From NCBI GenBank assembly GCA_964304625.1, contig OZ199839.1, forward strand, positions 3,586,724-3,650,723: a stretch of 64,000 bases of DNA, written 5' to 3'. How positions within the stretch are numbered: the first letter of the stretch is position 1; the number at the start of each line of letters is the position of its first letter. Source of the stretch: Kudoa neothunni. Lineage: Eukaryota > Animalia > Cnidaria. The notes beneath the pieces were generated by a model. It did no database searches, was not told the origin of the DNA, and worked only from the letters and a program-made list of their open reading frames with translations. This document shows positions 12,763-25,811 of this stretch, in pieces. Both the position numbers and the translations under genes were made by a program.

Positions 12763-13582
12763 TAGGTACCTGAGATATAACCACCACTACCGAAACAATA
12801 TTACCATCAACGTTACTAGTTTCTCTACGAAAGGTGAATTTTTACAATAAGATCTAGTCATAAAATTTTCACTCTTATATTTACTTCAACTGAAACCAGT
12901 GATTTAGTGATCAAAAACTCTAGAATTTTTCTCTTTTTGGGAGTTTTGACATTACCCGGTCATATAACTCAATTTCATGTTTGTAAAATTATGCATTTTT
13001 AATACTTGCATTTACTGTCTTAAGCCACATTGGAGTTCGTTATAGGCTTATTAAACAAAATTTTATTCAGAGAAGAATAAGTTATTCTACTTTTAATAAA
13101 ACCCACACTAACAGAATACACAATATTCTATGACGATCTAAAGACATTAAATGGCATTTTAGATTGATTTCATTGAGTTATGATATTAAACAATTTCGAT
13201 TTTTTATCAAACATTTTGTTCTCTCACAATATCAAAAGTTTTAATGTGTAATTTATTGAATTAATCGGATTAAACTTGAAGTGTAAGTACTGCCTAATAG
13301 CACGATTTATGCAATCTTGGCAAAAATGCATAAAATAAATTTTATTTCATATTTATATATATATAACGTTAAACCAAAGGATTATATACACTGAGGACTT
13401 TATAGTGCTGGGTATAGAAACAAAAAAATACCAACCACATTATCGAATCTCGCAACATCGACACCTAATGTAATCGCTTTCACAAACTCATAAATTAGTT
13501 TCTACAGTGAATTAACCACGCCAAACAAATGCAAAGACCAAAAACAATGAAATGACCACCAGCAAAAGTAAAACGGGACAAA

Positions 13583-15745
13583 TTATATTTTATTATTGGA
13601 ACTTAAAAGATGTTCAAGTCGTGTTTTTTCCTCGAGAAGATAGGGTTCGTTTTCAATCTTCATGAGCTAAAACCAACGACATTACAAATAAGTCAAGACA
13701 CGACAACAGATTAGATCGAATTAGTGAGTGTGAGAGAATACTTGATCATGATTCGGTGTGTAGCCATCGTTTGTAATTCTCGACTTGAGCTTTTGTATGT
13801 CGTTCATTTTCTAAATTAAATAATAAATGTTAAATAGCTAACACACAAGTTATACCTTATTCAAACTTTTAAGTCTAGTTTTGAATTCGTCCATGCGAGC
13901 ATCTTGCCCATTAATTCCATTAGTGGTGGCGGCTGGAGGTAAAACCCCGGCTTTATTATGCTAAGAGAGTAGAACGGATCGAGTGAATGAATGAATAGAC
14001 GACAAAATTACGTTGTAGAAAGGGTTTTTTTGAGTGTTGGCTTTATTTACAATATTATCTTTACCATAATATGACGATTTGACTTGTTTTCTTATAAATC
14101 CCATATTATTCAAATCGTCTTCCAAATATTGTCTGGTGGCTTTTGGGACATAAACTTTGGGAGCGTGTGATTGAACGAGATCGATAGGTTTGGTTAATTT
14201 TGGCAACGTGGGTTTTCGGAATTCGGTAGAACCACTTTTTACCGGGAAAACATCATACATTTCAGCAGGGCTTTCGTAGGTGTAAGAGTGGACTTTTTTG
14301 GCCATAAAATTCCAAATCTCATAACTGAATTAACATATTAACTATCGTTTGGCCACATTATAATCACCCGTTGCTAACTCTCAAGGTGGGAGACGTCACT
14401 GCAAAGATCACATGTTCACCATCGGGCAACCAAACACATTTGGTTTTGGTTTTCACCGGAAATCGAGAAATCATCTGAAATGTTTCCATATTCCACATTT
14501 CTACGTCGCCATGAGCATTACCATGGGCGGTTGTGCATAACACATTGCCGAATGGGTTAAAATAAAGTATATTTCTGGTGGCTTTTGGAAATTTGAAAAC
14601 AATTTTACACTTCAAATCGAACAAAAAGGTTTCTGCAGGTAATGATCCATGAATGATGGCAAAATTTTGTCCATTCGGAGTCCATGCAATATCATGAATT
14701 GCGTAGGATCCCGAATGGGAATCTGGTTTAAGGTTGAGGTTGACAGAATCGCCTTTCATCGATAAAAAGAAAAGTTTACGTTCATCATAGTAGGACTTAC
14801 CCGGTGATTCGACTTCGGCTATCACTATCACCGAAGTACCAGTAGGATTCCATTTGAATTCGACATTTTTAGCATTGACCGGTAACACGGTGGATGCGAT
14901 TGCCGCATTCATTTGAAGATGTGGATATCGAAACATTCTAGCCAGCTGAACATTTCTTTTTTTGTCGTGCGTGTGGACTACAACTAGATTGTTGGCGGGA
15001 GACAATGATGCACTACATAGTGTGCTGCCTAGTGCGAAAACTTTTGGATGTCCGTTGTAGTCGTTGTCTTCGATAAAATTTAACGATTCTTTCTCCACAT
15101 ACATCACCAATTGTTCGTCATATGACCAGTGTAACTGATTGAATCGATAACTTAGAGGGAACTGTCCAACCATTTTCACTTCAACGTTCTGGGTGTCGTT
15201 CAGTGAACCAGAATTGGTGGTTAGTTGAAATATTTTCAGATTTTTGAAAGGGTCATTTTTAGAACTGTTTTCACAATTGACAGTTTTATTGCCGGCTGCT
15301 TGCCAAGTGTATATATAGTTGGATTGAGGTGAAAAGTTGGCGTTCAACAAACCTGGTAATGATTCCTCAAATACATACACACTATTCATCAAATCATAAA
15401 CTTTTAGAGTCCTACATCTCAAATGAAAAATCAAATTTAGAACAATCGATCTCACTTGCTCTTGACCAATTGGATGATAAAACGGCCGTAGTTATTTGAT
15501 ATTAGTTCTGACAGGGATCCAACAGCATCACTTCAAAGTATCACATTAACATACCACTAAACAGAACTATCTACACATTACATCTCTTTTAAACCGTCAG
15601 GATTTGTTGATGCTGTAGAGTCATTGGTGGCAGCTGTTCTTAAAAATAGGCCGTTTGAGTCTGATACTATAGTTCACATGTATTCGATTAAAAATACTAC
15701 TCATATTGGTGAATAATTACTTATAAGAGATCCGACGGTAGACAT
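13583..15745 (-). CDS. EIF2A: Eukaryotic translation initiation factor 2A (WD40 propeller); multi-exon
   Basis: FKWNPTG...GKSYYDE, IHDIAWTPNG, RNILYFNPFG, GDVEMWN, WLPDGEH, AVTSPTLRVSNG, YVP motif and C-terminal coiled coil. GT-AG introns. Confidence 0.93.
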
Positions 15746-16190
15746 TGCTCCAGGGGTAATTTTAGCGGAAGCCACCGATTCCACGCGACAACCACCTAAC
15801 AAAGTGCGTTTTTATCTAATTGATAAATATCTAATGGCAATATTCGTCAAATAATTTATATTTTTAGTTTTATAAGAATTGTAAAATTTCCCTCGAATTT
15901 TAAAGCATCAATATTTTCGTGGGTTTTCGGGGATTTATCAAGTTATGTTTGTGATTTCAGTAGATTTTTTAAATGAATATAATTTATTTTATGATGAGAT
16001 TTTTATTATGTCTATAGCAATATTGTTGGATTTTCCATCTATAATATTCTATAATTCCTTATTTGATATCTTTTTATTGAATCCAAAAATTAACAATAGT
16101 TGAATTATATCGATAAATATAACCAAGTGTAATATTGGCTCAAGGATTCCTTTAATTTTCTTGTATGTACGCTAAATGTTAGGCTGAGAC

Positions 16191-16409
16191 TATTGGCACG
16201 GAAAATTTTAATCTGAATTAGAGTGTGCGCTTGCGCCATTGAAAATTTTAATCCAAATAACTTTGACCCACAAACTATATACAGATTTCATTTTTATATA
16301 ATATGCTTTATTTAATTATTTTTAGTCGTTAGAAATGAAGAGATGGGCAGGGAATAATTGAAAATAATCAAAACTAGCGACACCTGAATATTATTTATCA
16401 TGTCAATAA
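16191..16409 (+). mobile_element. ~220-bp MITE, family C
   Basis: Termini resemble CTATT(T/G)GCACGG(T/A)AAAT...ATTTACCGTGCAAATAG. Copies at about 21731-21940 (inverted) and about 31938-32155. Confidence 0.6.
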
Positions 16410-17201
16410 CCATTTCTTAAATAAATGTTAAAACTTTGTATAGAAGAAAAACCTCTATAATAATTAAGAATCTTTATAACTATGATTGAATACAATAGTG
16501 TATAATGTATTCAGCTTATTTATTAATTGTTACTAGTTTTTTATTAGATACATTCTATTATCTTACACCAAAACAAGTCCATCACTTTATTCAGGAATGT
16601 ATGAGGTGGTTGCACGATTTAGAATCGTGAGATCTCCTAAAAACACGAGGTGATTATTAATTCTCATGTTTCTTGAACTTGAGAATTTGACATCGAACCG
16701 ATAATTTATTGGTGTTGAATCGAGGATTATAAATAATTAAGATCTTAGTTAAAGACCAATCAGAGGATTTTATCGTTTTTTAGTTTAGGCAGTTGCGTAA
16801 TCTTTAATCCAACGTAATTTCGATTCACACACAATATTATCAATGAAAAACTGCTTCATCGTGATGCTGACCTATTAGAAATATTATTTTGAGTAATTCG
16901 ATTATTAAGGGACTATATCCTGCGCTAATAATTTTTTTTTAACTCAAGTTAGTATTATCAATCAGTAACTTTTCCACCATAATTGTAATGCCTATAGTGA
17001 AATTAATAAAGACTCGCTAGCAGGTACAATTTAAATATAGGGCGAATTTTCGTTTAACGTGTTTCTCTCATTATAAGGCTCGTTAAGAAAATAAGGTCGA
17101 GTGCATTTTTTCAGAGCAAAATTTAATATAGAATATGCCATAACATGTTTCTTCGAAAATACGACCTAGTGTAATTTCTAAGGCCGCATTTAATAAAGAC
17201 C

Positions 17202-18656
17202 CAAAGATGGTCAAAAATTAATTTATATTCTAAAAATCAATTATTTAGGGTATAATCAATTAATTTTAATTAAAATTTTTCTAAGTCAATCATTGCAATT
17301 AACTGAAATTAATTGAAATTATTAGAAAACCCTTGGCGATAATCCAACATCACTGAAGATCATTTATATATTTAGGCATAAAAATTCTCCATTGGTTATT
17401 TCAGTCGCGAATAAAAGTAACAAGAAATTTAACATATTTTTATATATTAATATAAAGTTTAAGTCAGAAAATTTAATTAGTGGATATGATGTCTAAATAA
17501 TTATATTTGAAATCTCATACGGGAGTTCAGTATTTTATTGACAAAACTTATCTTTATTGAAAACATTTCAAATTTGAACCACGTTATGCAGTCCATGTCG
17601 GGGCATTTAATGAAACCACATAATCCGGTGTAACTTAAAATAAAATTAAACAAATTTTTTTTCTGCCTTTCATTTTATTATTATTATTTAAGTAAATAAT
17701 AAAAAAAGATCAAGATGAATTATAAATTCCGACACACAAGATATACCATAAATTAAATACAACAACAGAAAGATAAAATAGAGATAAATTAACTATAAAT
17801 TGTAAATCTGATGAACCAACTTTCTAAACAATTTTATTGTTCCTTAATCTTTTATGTGATTTTAGGAATATTTGCGTTTCGAGATTTATGGGGGAATAAT
17901 TCTGGCGAAGGTCGTCAATTGTATAACTAGCGTAGCTGAATAATCTTCCAACCAGATTAGAGAATGGTATAATCAATCTTATGTTCATATAGTGAGGAAT
18001 TTCAATTGTTCTCCACAATTTTCATTTTCTTGGGACGTTGAAAGCAAGAGAATCGGATTCAATAAAAGTAAGTTTCTTCTATTAAAATTTACTCGGATAA
18101 TTTTAGATTGAACACAGCATGTTTCCTCTCAGAAGTTAATTCATCAGTTCTATCCTCTTGAATTTTGAAAGAGTCGTTTTCGAAAGTATTTTAATGTATA
18201 ATATTAGTATTTTTACGCAGAGATTCGTACAATATTGGATTTGGATACGTTTTAATAACTTAGTCGAATAAATATTTTTCTTGTGCTATAGTAATACTCG
18301 ATTATTGCAGAGCCGAAGTTATTGAATAGAACTTTTTTAAATTTTCTATTGGCGTTAAGAGATAATTCACCATACTTTTTATTGGTAAAAGCGAGTTCAG
18401 CTAGATAACATTTGATCTTTTCGTATCTGCCAACAATTTCAATTCCACTGAAACATCTGGCATCACTATTCAGAATAAGTCCCATATAAATAAATTTCCT
18501 CAATAGAACAGAAAAGTTTCTATTCAAATTATATCTTATTCGATTTTTTTCGTAAAAAGTCATAATTGCATTTAATTGAACCTGCCAAAATCAATCATTG
18601 AAAATATAAATTTGATTGCAATCAAATATTTCTCAATTAATTTTTGACCACACCTG
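17202..18656. mobile_element. hAT-like TIR element with decayed internal coding sequence
   Basis: TIRs CAAAGATGGTCAAAAATTAATT / AATTAATTTTTGACCACACCTG. Imperfect 8-bp TSD TAAAGACC/GTAAGACC. Confidence 0.55.
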
Positions 18657-18717
18657 GTAAGACCTATCCCGAAAATACGATATAAAGTCATTGTTGAGTA
18701 CCAAAATTAATATAGAA

Positions 18718-21566
18718 CAGTGGTGCACAAACTTTTGAAGTCTCGGGCCAGATTTTAATCTTCGAAAACACTCAGGGCCAGAATGTTTAAAACTAAACTT
18801 ATAGTTCAAATTTGGATAAATTCACGAAATTTAAAACGAATGACATAGCAAACAAATAATATTCGTCCCCGTAGAATAAAACAATATTTTTCTGCCCGGG
18901 CATCATTAAATTTTCTATTATCATCATAAACTTTTTTCCGAACCTCAGTCATTTTAATTTGGAAATAAAATTAAAAAAATTGAATTAAATATAAAATATA
19001 CCTTGGGTGAGCAAAATGGTTGTGTGTGCATAAGTGAAATGCAATTTAAATTGTCCTTTAATATGTGCTCAGAATCAGCGCTAGCGGATGTTATCCTTTG
19101 TTTCAAAGTTTATTTTTCTTATAGAAACTTTTCGAAAACATTGATTTTTATGCGCAATATAAATATCTTATTTTAATTGAACGTAAACTTTGGGTCAGCA
19201 TTGTCAAACGAATTTTTAAATCATAAATCCGCCCAAAACCTGTATGATTTTCTTCTCCTCTATACACATTCAAGAAGAAATAATTAAAATTGATACATGA
19301 ACTTCGACTAAAAAAACTTTTTTCTATATCACATGGTGAAGTGGCTAATAGCAAGAAATCTTTTTGTCTATTTAGAAAGTCTTTTTGATGTTTCGTTCTT
19401 AATGGTTCGCATATAATAAAAAACTCAAACGAATTTTTTTTTGTAATTTCCTTAACTGTTCTAGATATTCCGTCGAAATTGGATATCGCGTGGGTTTTTT
19501 GCTTGTCCTAAAAATCCACGCAATAAAAAGTTTTTACGCAATATCCAGTTTCATGCGCGCGCGTCAGGCTGTAAAATACGATTTTCTTGTGCTTACATTT
19601 GATGATTATTCCCACAAACAAACTTTGTTAAAACAAAGATAACAAAGAGTTAAATTAAGGAAGAGATATTAAATTTTGTCAAAAACCTTGTGATTTTTGT
19701 GTGTAGAAACCTTTCTATTGATATTTTTTAAATTCGGTCCCTTATGGAATATAAATCAAACAATCCAAATGAAGCCTCTTGAATTAAAACTTGCATTAAA
19801 ATTTTAACTATATTTTATATTTGTTTTATTAAAATTTTGACTTCTTTAATAATTGGTTCAATATCATCAAATTAACCATTGTGGGCAATAAATCCGCATG
19901 ATTTTGATTCTCACATGTTGCAGCATTATCATCGTCAAATATATTTTCGTAAACTTCAATTTCATTTAAAAATATTAATTGTGTATACATAGAATATTAC
20001 TTCGTGATTGTTTCTGGCTCGGGATATCATTCTTAAGATTTTGTTCTATAAACTGATTCAACTTTTTATTAAAGTTTTATATATTACTACCAAGTATTTT
20101 TGATTTTTATAACAATCAAATATAATTTCTAGCGTAATACTCCCTCAAAGTTTAATTAATGGAATGATTGAGTTTAGTAATATTTAATTTTTGATGATTA
20201 AACCTCACATAAAACCTTGTGCTTGGCCGTTGTATTCCTGGTTTACTTTTAATGCATTCGATGATGCCTAAAGTAAGGTTTTGTAGAATATTAGTTGTAT
20301 TTTTGGTAGGGAAAAATTTCGATATTTTAAAAGAATCAATATTATTGGGATGAAAAGGATCTTGATCCAACAAAATTAAAACTTTTCTGTGCTCATCTAT
20401 GATTCTTTGGTTCAACCTTCTAATTAAGTGTATAAATCTACTACACCTTATCCGTGCGTTTTTTTGAATAATATTCACGTGGTAGATGTTTAAATCAGAT
20501 GAAACGTCTAAGATTCTGAAATTTACCAGTAAAAACTGATGGAAGTTTATCTCTATTTAAAAAAGAGCGACAGTAAACATTCACTCTTTTTGGGTATTTT
20601 TCGCCTAATATTCCGACTTCGTCCTATAAAACATAATTAATGTTTTGTAACTGCTCATAAAAGAGGGGCAGTTTTATCAATGTTTATGACGGCTTTAGGA
20701 CTACATTCCTTAACCAAATTAGTGTTTTCAACAGATGAAATATTTGTATTCGCAGCCTCATCATGAACACATTTTGAAAGCTATCCCATATGTTGACGTG
20801 GAATCTGAAAACCATCCTTAATTAGACTTTAAATTGGAAATTTCTTTTTATTTGCAATATATTAAACAACTTTGATAATAACACATCTCAGCAGAACATT
20901 ATCATTCGACCATTGTTTAACGATATAATCATACAGCTCACCATCTATATTTTTAATTTTCCCGAGAAATATGTCCACCTTTTAGTTTAATTAATCGTAT
21001 TTTTGAATTAATCTTTGTGTGAACGAATTCTATCAATTTTCAAATGACCTTAAACGTGACAATGTATTAATACTCAACATAGATCACCATATCATTCAAT
21101 TTAAACTTGGAAATTGCCATTTTTTCGACAACTCTCAATATTTTTATCGAATTGTAATGACCAATGATTTCTCTTGTCTCTTAACTATTACGTTTTTAAC
21201 GTGACATAATGAAAACACTTCTAGTTTTAAATAGATGGGTTAATAAAACCAAGCAATAACAAGACTATATATATATAAATTTAAAAAAAAATAATATTTT
21301 TTAATGTTAACTATGTTTACAAAATGATAAAATAATAAAAATAACAAAAAATTAAGTTTCTCTCTAAAAAGAATAACGTCGAAATTTTGGTATTACGCAA
21401 TATCCAATCTTGATCGATTATATTCAATAACTAGATAAGCCAATTGAAGTTAAATAATCAAATGTTATTTTTATTTTATTTAAATTATAATATTACTCTG
21501 AACTTGATGAGGGTTCATCGCGGGTCACAATATAACTCATTGAGGGCCGAAGTTTGTGTACCCTTG
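18718..21566. mobile_element. hAT (Charlie-like) element hosting a pogo insertion
   Basis: CAGTGGTGCACAAACTT...AAGTTTGTGTACCCTTG. 8-bp TSD ATATAGAA/ATGTAGAA. Confidence 0.7.
19461..21425 (-). mobile_element. Decayed pogo/Tigger transposon (DDE_1 transposase remnant)
   Basis: ORF 20152-20478 reads RKVLILLDQ..H...FFP.KNTTNILQ.L.LGII. Degenerate inverted ends TTGGATATCGCG / CGCAATATCCAA. Confidence 0.65.
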
Positions 21567-23186
21567 ATGTAGAACCTGTCTTATATTCATAGAAACGTAG
21601 TAAAACTAACTCCTGGAATAGAAACAAGGATTTCAAAGCCAATTATTATGCACTTATCAACACCTATCTGTTAATTCTTACTTACATAAAATTAAGCTTA
21701 TTATATTAATCTCAGTAATAATTGAAAATAACAATTTACATGATAAATAATATTCAGGTGGTATTATTTATGACTTTGTTTATTTATTTTTGGTCATGAA
21801 AAGTAAAGCGGAGAGTCAGGGATAATTAGAGATAGAATATTTTAATTTGTATACAGCTTTGTGATTTAGAGTTGCTATCATAAAAATTTCAATCGCGCAT
21901 ACGTACTGTCTAATTAGGATGAAAATTTACCATGCAAATACGGTAGGTAACCGATGGTACGCACCTTCATCAATACGCCGTATCCGAAGTTTATATTAGA
22001 TGATATGTTTTATGATTGTAAAAAAGTAAAAGTCTTCAAAATATTTTTGAATTAAACTAGGAAATTATCAATCTGTTATATCACATGAATAGCCGATAGT
22101 ACGCACTTTTTCGGCCAACCCGCACAGATTTTATTTTTGTTTATAGGAAACGAGGGTTAAATGTAACTTATAACTGTTGAATTTTCGTAGGATTATTAGA
22201 AATAATGGAAAATTATCCCCAAATATATCCAGAAGCGCAAAAATAATCATCATTACACATTTCGTGGTATACGCTGTATCCAAATTAAACAGTAAGGTTA
22301 ACTTTTTAAAAAATTTTAGTGTGAAGTATAAAAACTTTTTTTATATGAGGTTAAAATAAATATGCGATAAAATAATATTAATAATATATTTTTAGTTATT
22401 CTAATCTAAAAATAAGTTATATTATTCACGCGGAAAAAAAGAACATAAAAATAGCCGCGCGTATATTTTAACTTCGAGCCGTAGGTTGCAACGTTTAATA
22501 TGCAATTTTATTGCGCAAACATGTATTCAGTTTAAGATTAAATTTACCATGCTATTAGTCGTATTCCTAATTGAAGGGATGAATACATATTTTAATGGTT
22601 TTAAGAGATTTTTCACAATAAAAAATATTTCCAAATCATGATGAAAATGGTAAACTCTCACTATATCTATCATCTATATATATATTATTTTAAAATAAAA
22701 AAAAGTTGATAAATTACGGCTTATAAGCTAACAGTCGATTTTTAAGAATTTTTCCCTTATCTGATGTAATTTATGAAACGAATATTAACCAAAATCATTT
22801 TGTTGGATATCACACTCTCAATAACTTGAAAGGTTACTTTATATTAATTTTATTAAATAAATTTCAATGCTGTTATGAACATTATAAGATCGCAATGAAA
22901 ACATCCGTGAAAGATTTTCTTCAATAATGAAAATCATTGAATTATCTAATACGGGCAAGAATATCTAAGTCGCTAAGACCATCCGAAGATTATCCTTTTC
23001 GATGTGTGCGCGCGCAACTCAGTAAAACATAATTTTTTTCTATTGAAGTCTGTCAGACATTTCTTTGTTGTAGTTGGAATTTCAATTAATCCATCCATAT
23101 ACGTAACCTTTGCAGATCAATCGGCAAAGTGAATAATCAATCAATCAATCAATTTATTATCATTATTAATTATCCGGTTATAGGCT

Positions 23187-25006
23187 ATGTTAAATACAAA
23201 TTACCTCGGTCTCCCATATTTTAATGAATTAACAAACAGAGAAGAGAAAACTTCCAAATGGGCGTTATCCTTCTGCGGTTGTGGATTTTTGGGAGCTTAT
23301 CACATTGGGGTGCTTGCGTGTATTCGCGAAAAACACCCAGACCTTATGAATTACGTAAGTAGGTAATCTCTCATTGTAAATCGATTATTTGTATGTTAAA
23401 AAATCGATTGGTTAATAAAAGTTTATAAATTTTCTATTTAGGATATATGGTAGCTCTGTGGGAACTATCATTTCAACTGTTATAATTTGTGGCATTGATA
23501 GCAATCATGCATTTGATTTTCTTAATAACATAGCCAAAAGTACCTTAGAAAGTAGTTGGGGTGTGTTCAGTTTAAACTGCGATATTTGTGAACTTATTCG
23601 AAAAAATCTTATCAATGAATTACCCCCAAACATACATGAGATCGCATCCAATAGATTGTTTGTAAATGTTACGTGTTTTCCTTCAATGAAACCAATGATA
23701 ATATCGAAATTCGAGTCAAAAAATGATTTTATTGATGTATTGATTTATCAGTGAAACAAAACAGATCATTTGTGTTTAGGCGCTGGTCTGTTCGTGTTAT
23801 ATTCCTTTTCTGACAAGCAAACGAATCCATCGATTTCGCGGGAATGTAATTGAGAAATATATTAATTTTTGTGTGTTCGCATAGGACAGTTATTTAATTT
23901 TATTTCTAGATCTGTATGGATGGAGGAATAACTGATAACCAACCTACACCCGAGAGACGTGCATTTTTTGAATTGTATCCAATCGAGCACATATCTAATA
24001 AAATTTACTTATATATTTTAATATATAGGTTCAAATTGATAAATGTCAGCCCCTTTATTGGTGAAGGCGACATCGCTCCAAAATCTAATCATGATTATTG
24101 TGATAACGCCATTAGTGTTGCCAATCAAAACTTCATACTCACTTCCAACAATATTAGGCGTCTTATCGACGGGCTCAACCCTCAAAGCGCTAATATCATC
24201 GTAGATTTTGCCCGTCAAGGCTACGACGACACAGAAACTTATTTTAGACGACGAGGAGAACACATCCAAAGATGCATTTATTTCAATGGTAACAATTGTT
24301 AAAATACATATTATTGTTTCTACTAACAATACTATCATTATTTTGCCTTTTGATAAAAATTATACGTTCATAGAGCAACTCTCGGGTAAGATGGCTCATT
24401 TCCCATCCCCGAGTGAACCGTATGGCAGTTTTAAAAAATGTATTAATTTACTTTCACCTATATAATTTTGAATCCGTTCACTTCAGACTTAAAGGAGTTG
24501 GATGATTTCGCCGTCGAAAACTCGCAAACAAACATTGTTCAAAGATTACTCTATTTCCCCTTAAAACCATTCAAATTTGTAGCTAAATTTTACATGAACA
24601 TTGCTACAATATTATTGTATACTGTTTGCCTCTCCGGAAACATGTAAAAAATTAAAACTTTTTGATGTGTAATTGAGTTCATTGTATTTGTATAGGTTGT
24701 GTTATCCCGCATTGAAAGTTGTTAGTGTTTTGGGAATTTCTAGTTTTCTTAAAATGGCATTCGGCCAACGAAAACAATAATGTTGTAGATGTATTTCTTA
24801 ATTTTTTAATATAGATTTTTTGGGAATAGCTTAGTCTCCATTTTTTTTTGAATTCTCGTTTTTTCAAATTGTTTTTTTGAGCACTATCGATGGATAAGCC
24901 CATTACTTTATTTATGCATAGAATATTTCATTATTATCTCATTTATAATCCATAGTTTGAAAGTCTGAACTTTGCTATAAACCCCACTAATCACGAATTA
25001 ACCTAG
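23187..25006 (+). CDS. Patatin-like phospholipase of the PNPLA2/ATGL type; multi-exon, 3' end uncertain (may end near 24780-24880)
   Basis: [18 protein letters not shown], nucleophile motif [30 protein letters not shown], catalytic [22 protein letters not shown]. Confidence 0.88.
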
Positions 25007-25704
25007 GATTAGCGCAATAGAAAAAAACTATGAAAACCAACACAAATACAAACCTAATGGATAGTCAACTAAAATTTTTTAATAGGGATATAAAGTCACA
25101 ATATAAATCGTTATTATTTTTTCTTCTCCATTGAAATTAATCAAGAAATTGATTGGTACCATCCATACTGACAGAACCATCTTCATTGATCGAAGATATC
25201 CCCTTCCTCAGTGATATTTTAAATTTGATAGCATCCCATGTTCCTTCCATGGTGTTTGTATGAGCCCTGTGGTATTATCCACATATTCTATAGTGTGATT
25301 TACAGTGAGGTGAGTGTAGAAATTATGTAGCGTCCCATAACTTTTGAAGCAATCGGTTATAATAATCGGACCAAGTTAAAGGTGTGTTTTAATTTTTTGG
25401 ATGAGTCTTGGTGATTCTGTCAGGAACCTCCACTAAGAACGTCTTTCGTTCTGATGTCCATACTACATCTCCAAGAACTCATGCTCCATTAACGTCATGC
25501 CCTCTGTTATGCTTCGCCTTGCCAAATCTGGATTCATAAACCTCTACAATTATATTTTCTCCTCCAATAACTATGTCCTCAAAGTCTAAACTATCTGCTA
25601 CCAGCTGGCGAAGATAGTGACAATAATTGGTAATTGTTTAAGAAGAGTGTCTGATAATTGTGCCCAGGTTAACGCTTTTTACACAGACCAATCGGTAATA
25701 TGAT

Positions 25705-25810
25705 TGTTATGGCTAATAGATAGCGCGGACAGGGATTAGGATTATTATTAGTACTGGTATCACTTTGGAGTTTCAAATATTATTTCTATTTGCGTTGCTC
25801 ATACTTCACA
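25705..25810 (+). repeat. 5' LTR (106 bp)
   Basis: Direct repeat of 29338-29443 with 5 substitutions. Confidence 0.95.
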
Positions 25811-25811
25811 A

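Larger units (their letters stand above)
17057..21600. mobile_element. Tigger-like MITE split by two hAT-type insertions (outer shell of a nest)
   Basis: Left end CGTGTTTCTCTCATTATAAGGC, internal AAATA(A/C)GACC repeats, right end GTCTTATATTCATAGAAACGTAG followed by TA. Confidence 0.45.

Noticed and set aside
16191-21940. One large element bounded by inverted repeats at ~16.2 kb and ~21.8 kb
   Set aside because: Each repeat is a self-contained MITE with its own TIRs, and a third copy lies at ~31.9 kb.
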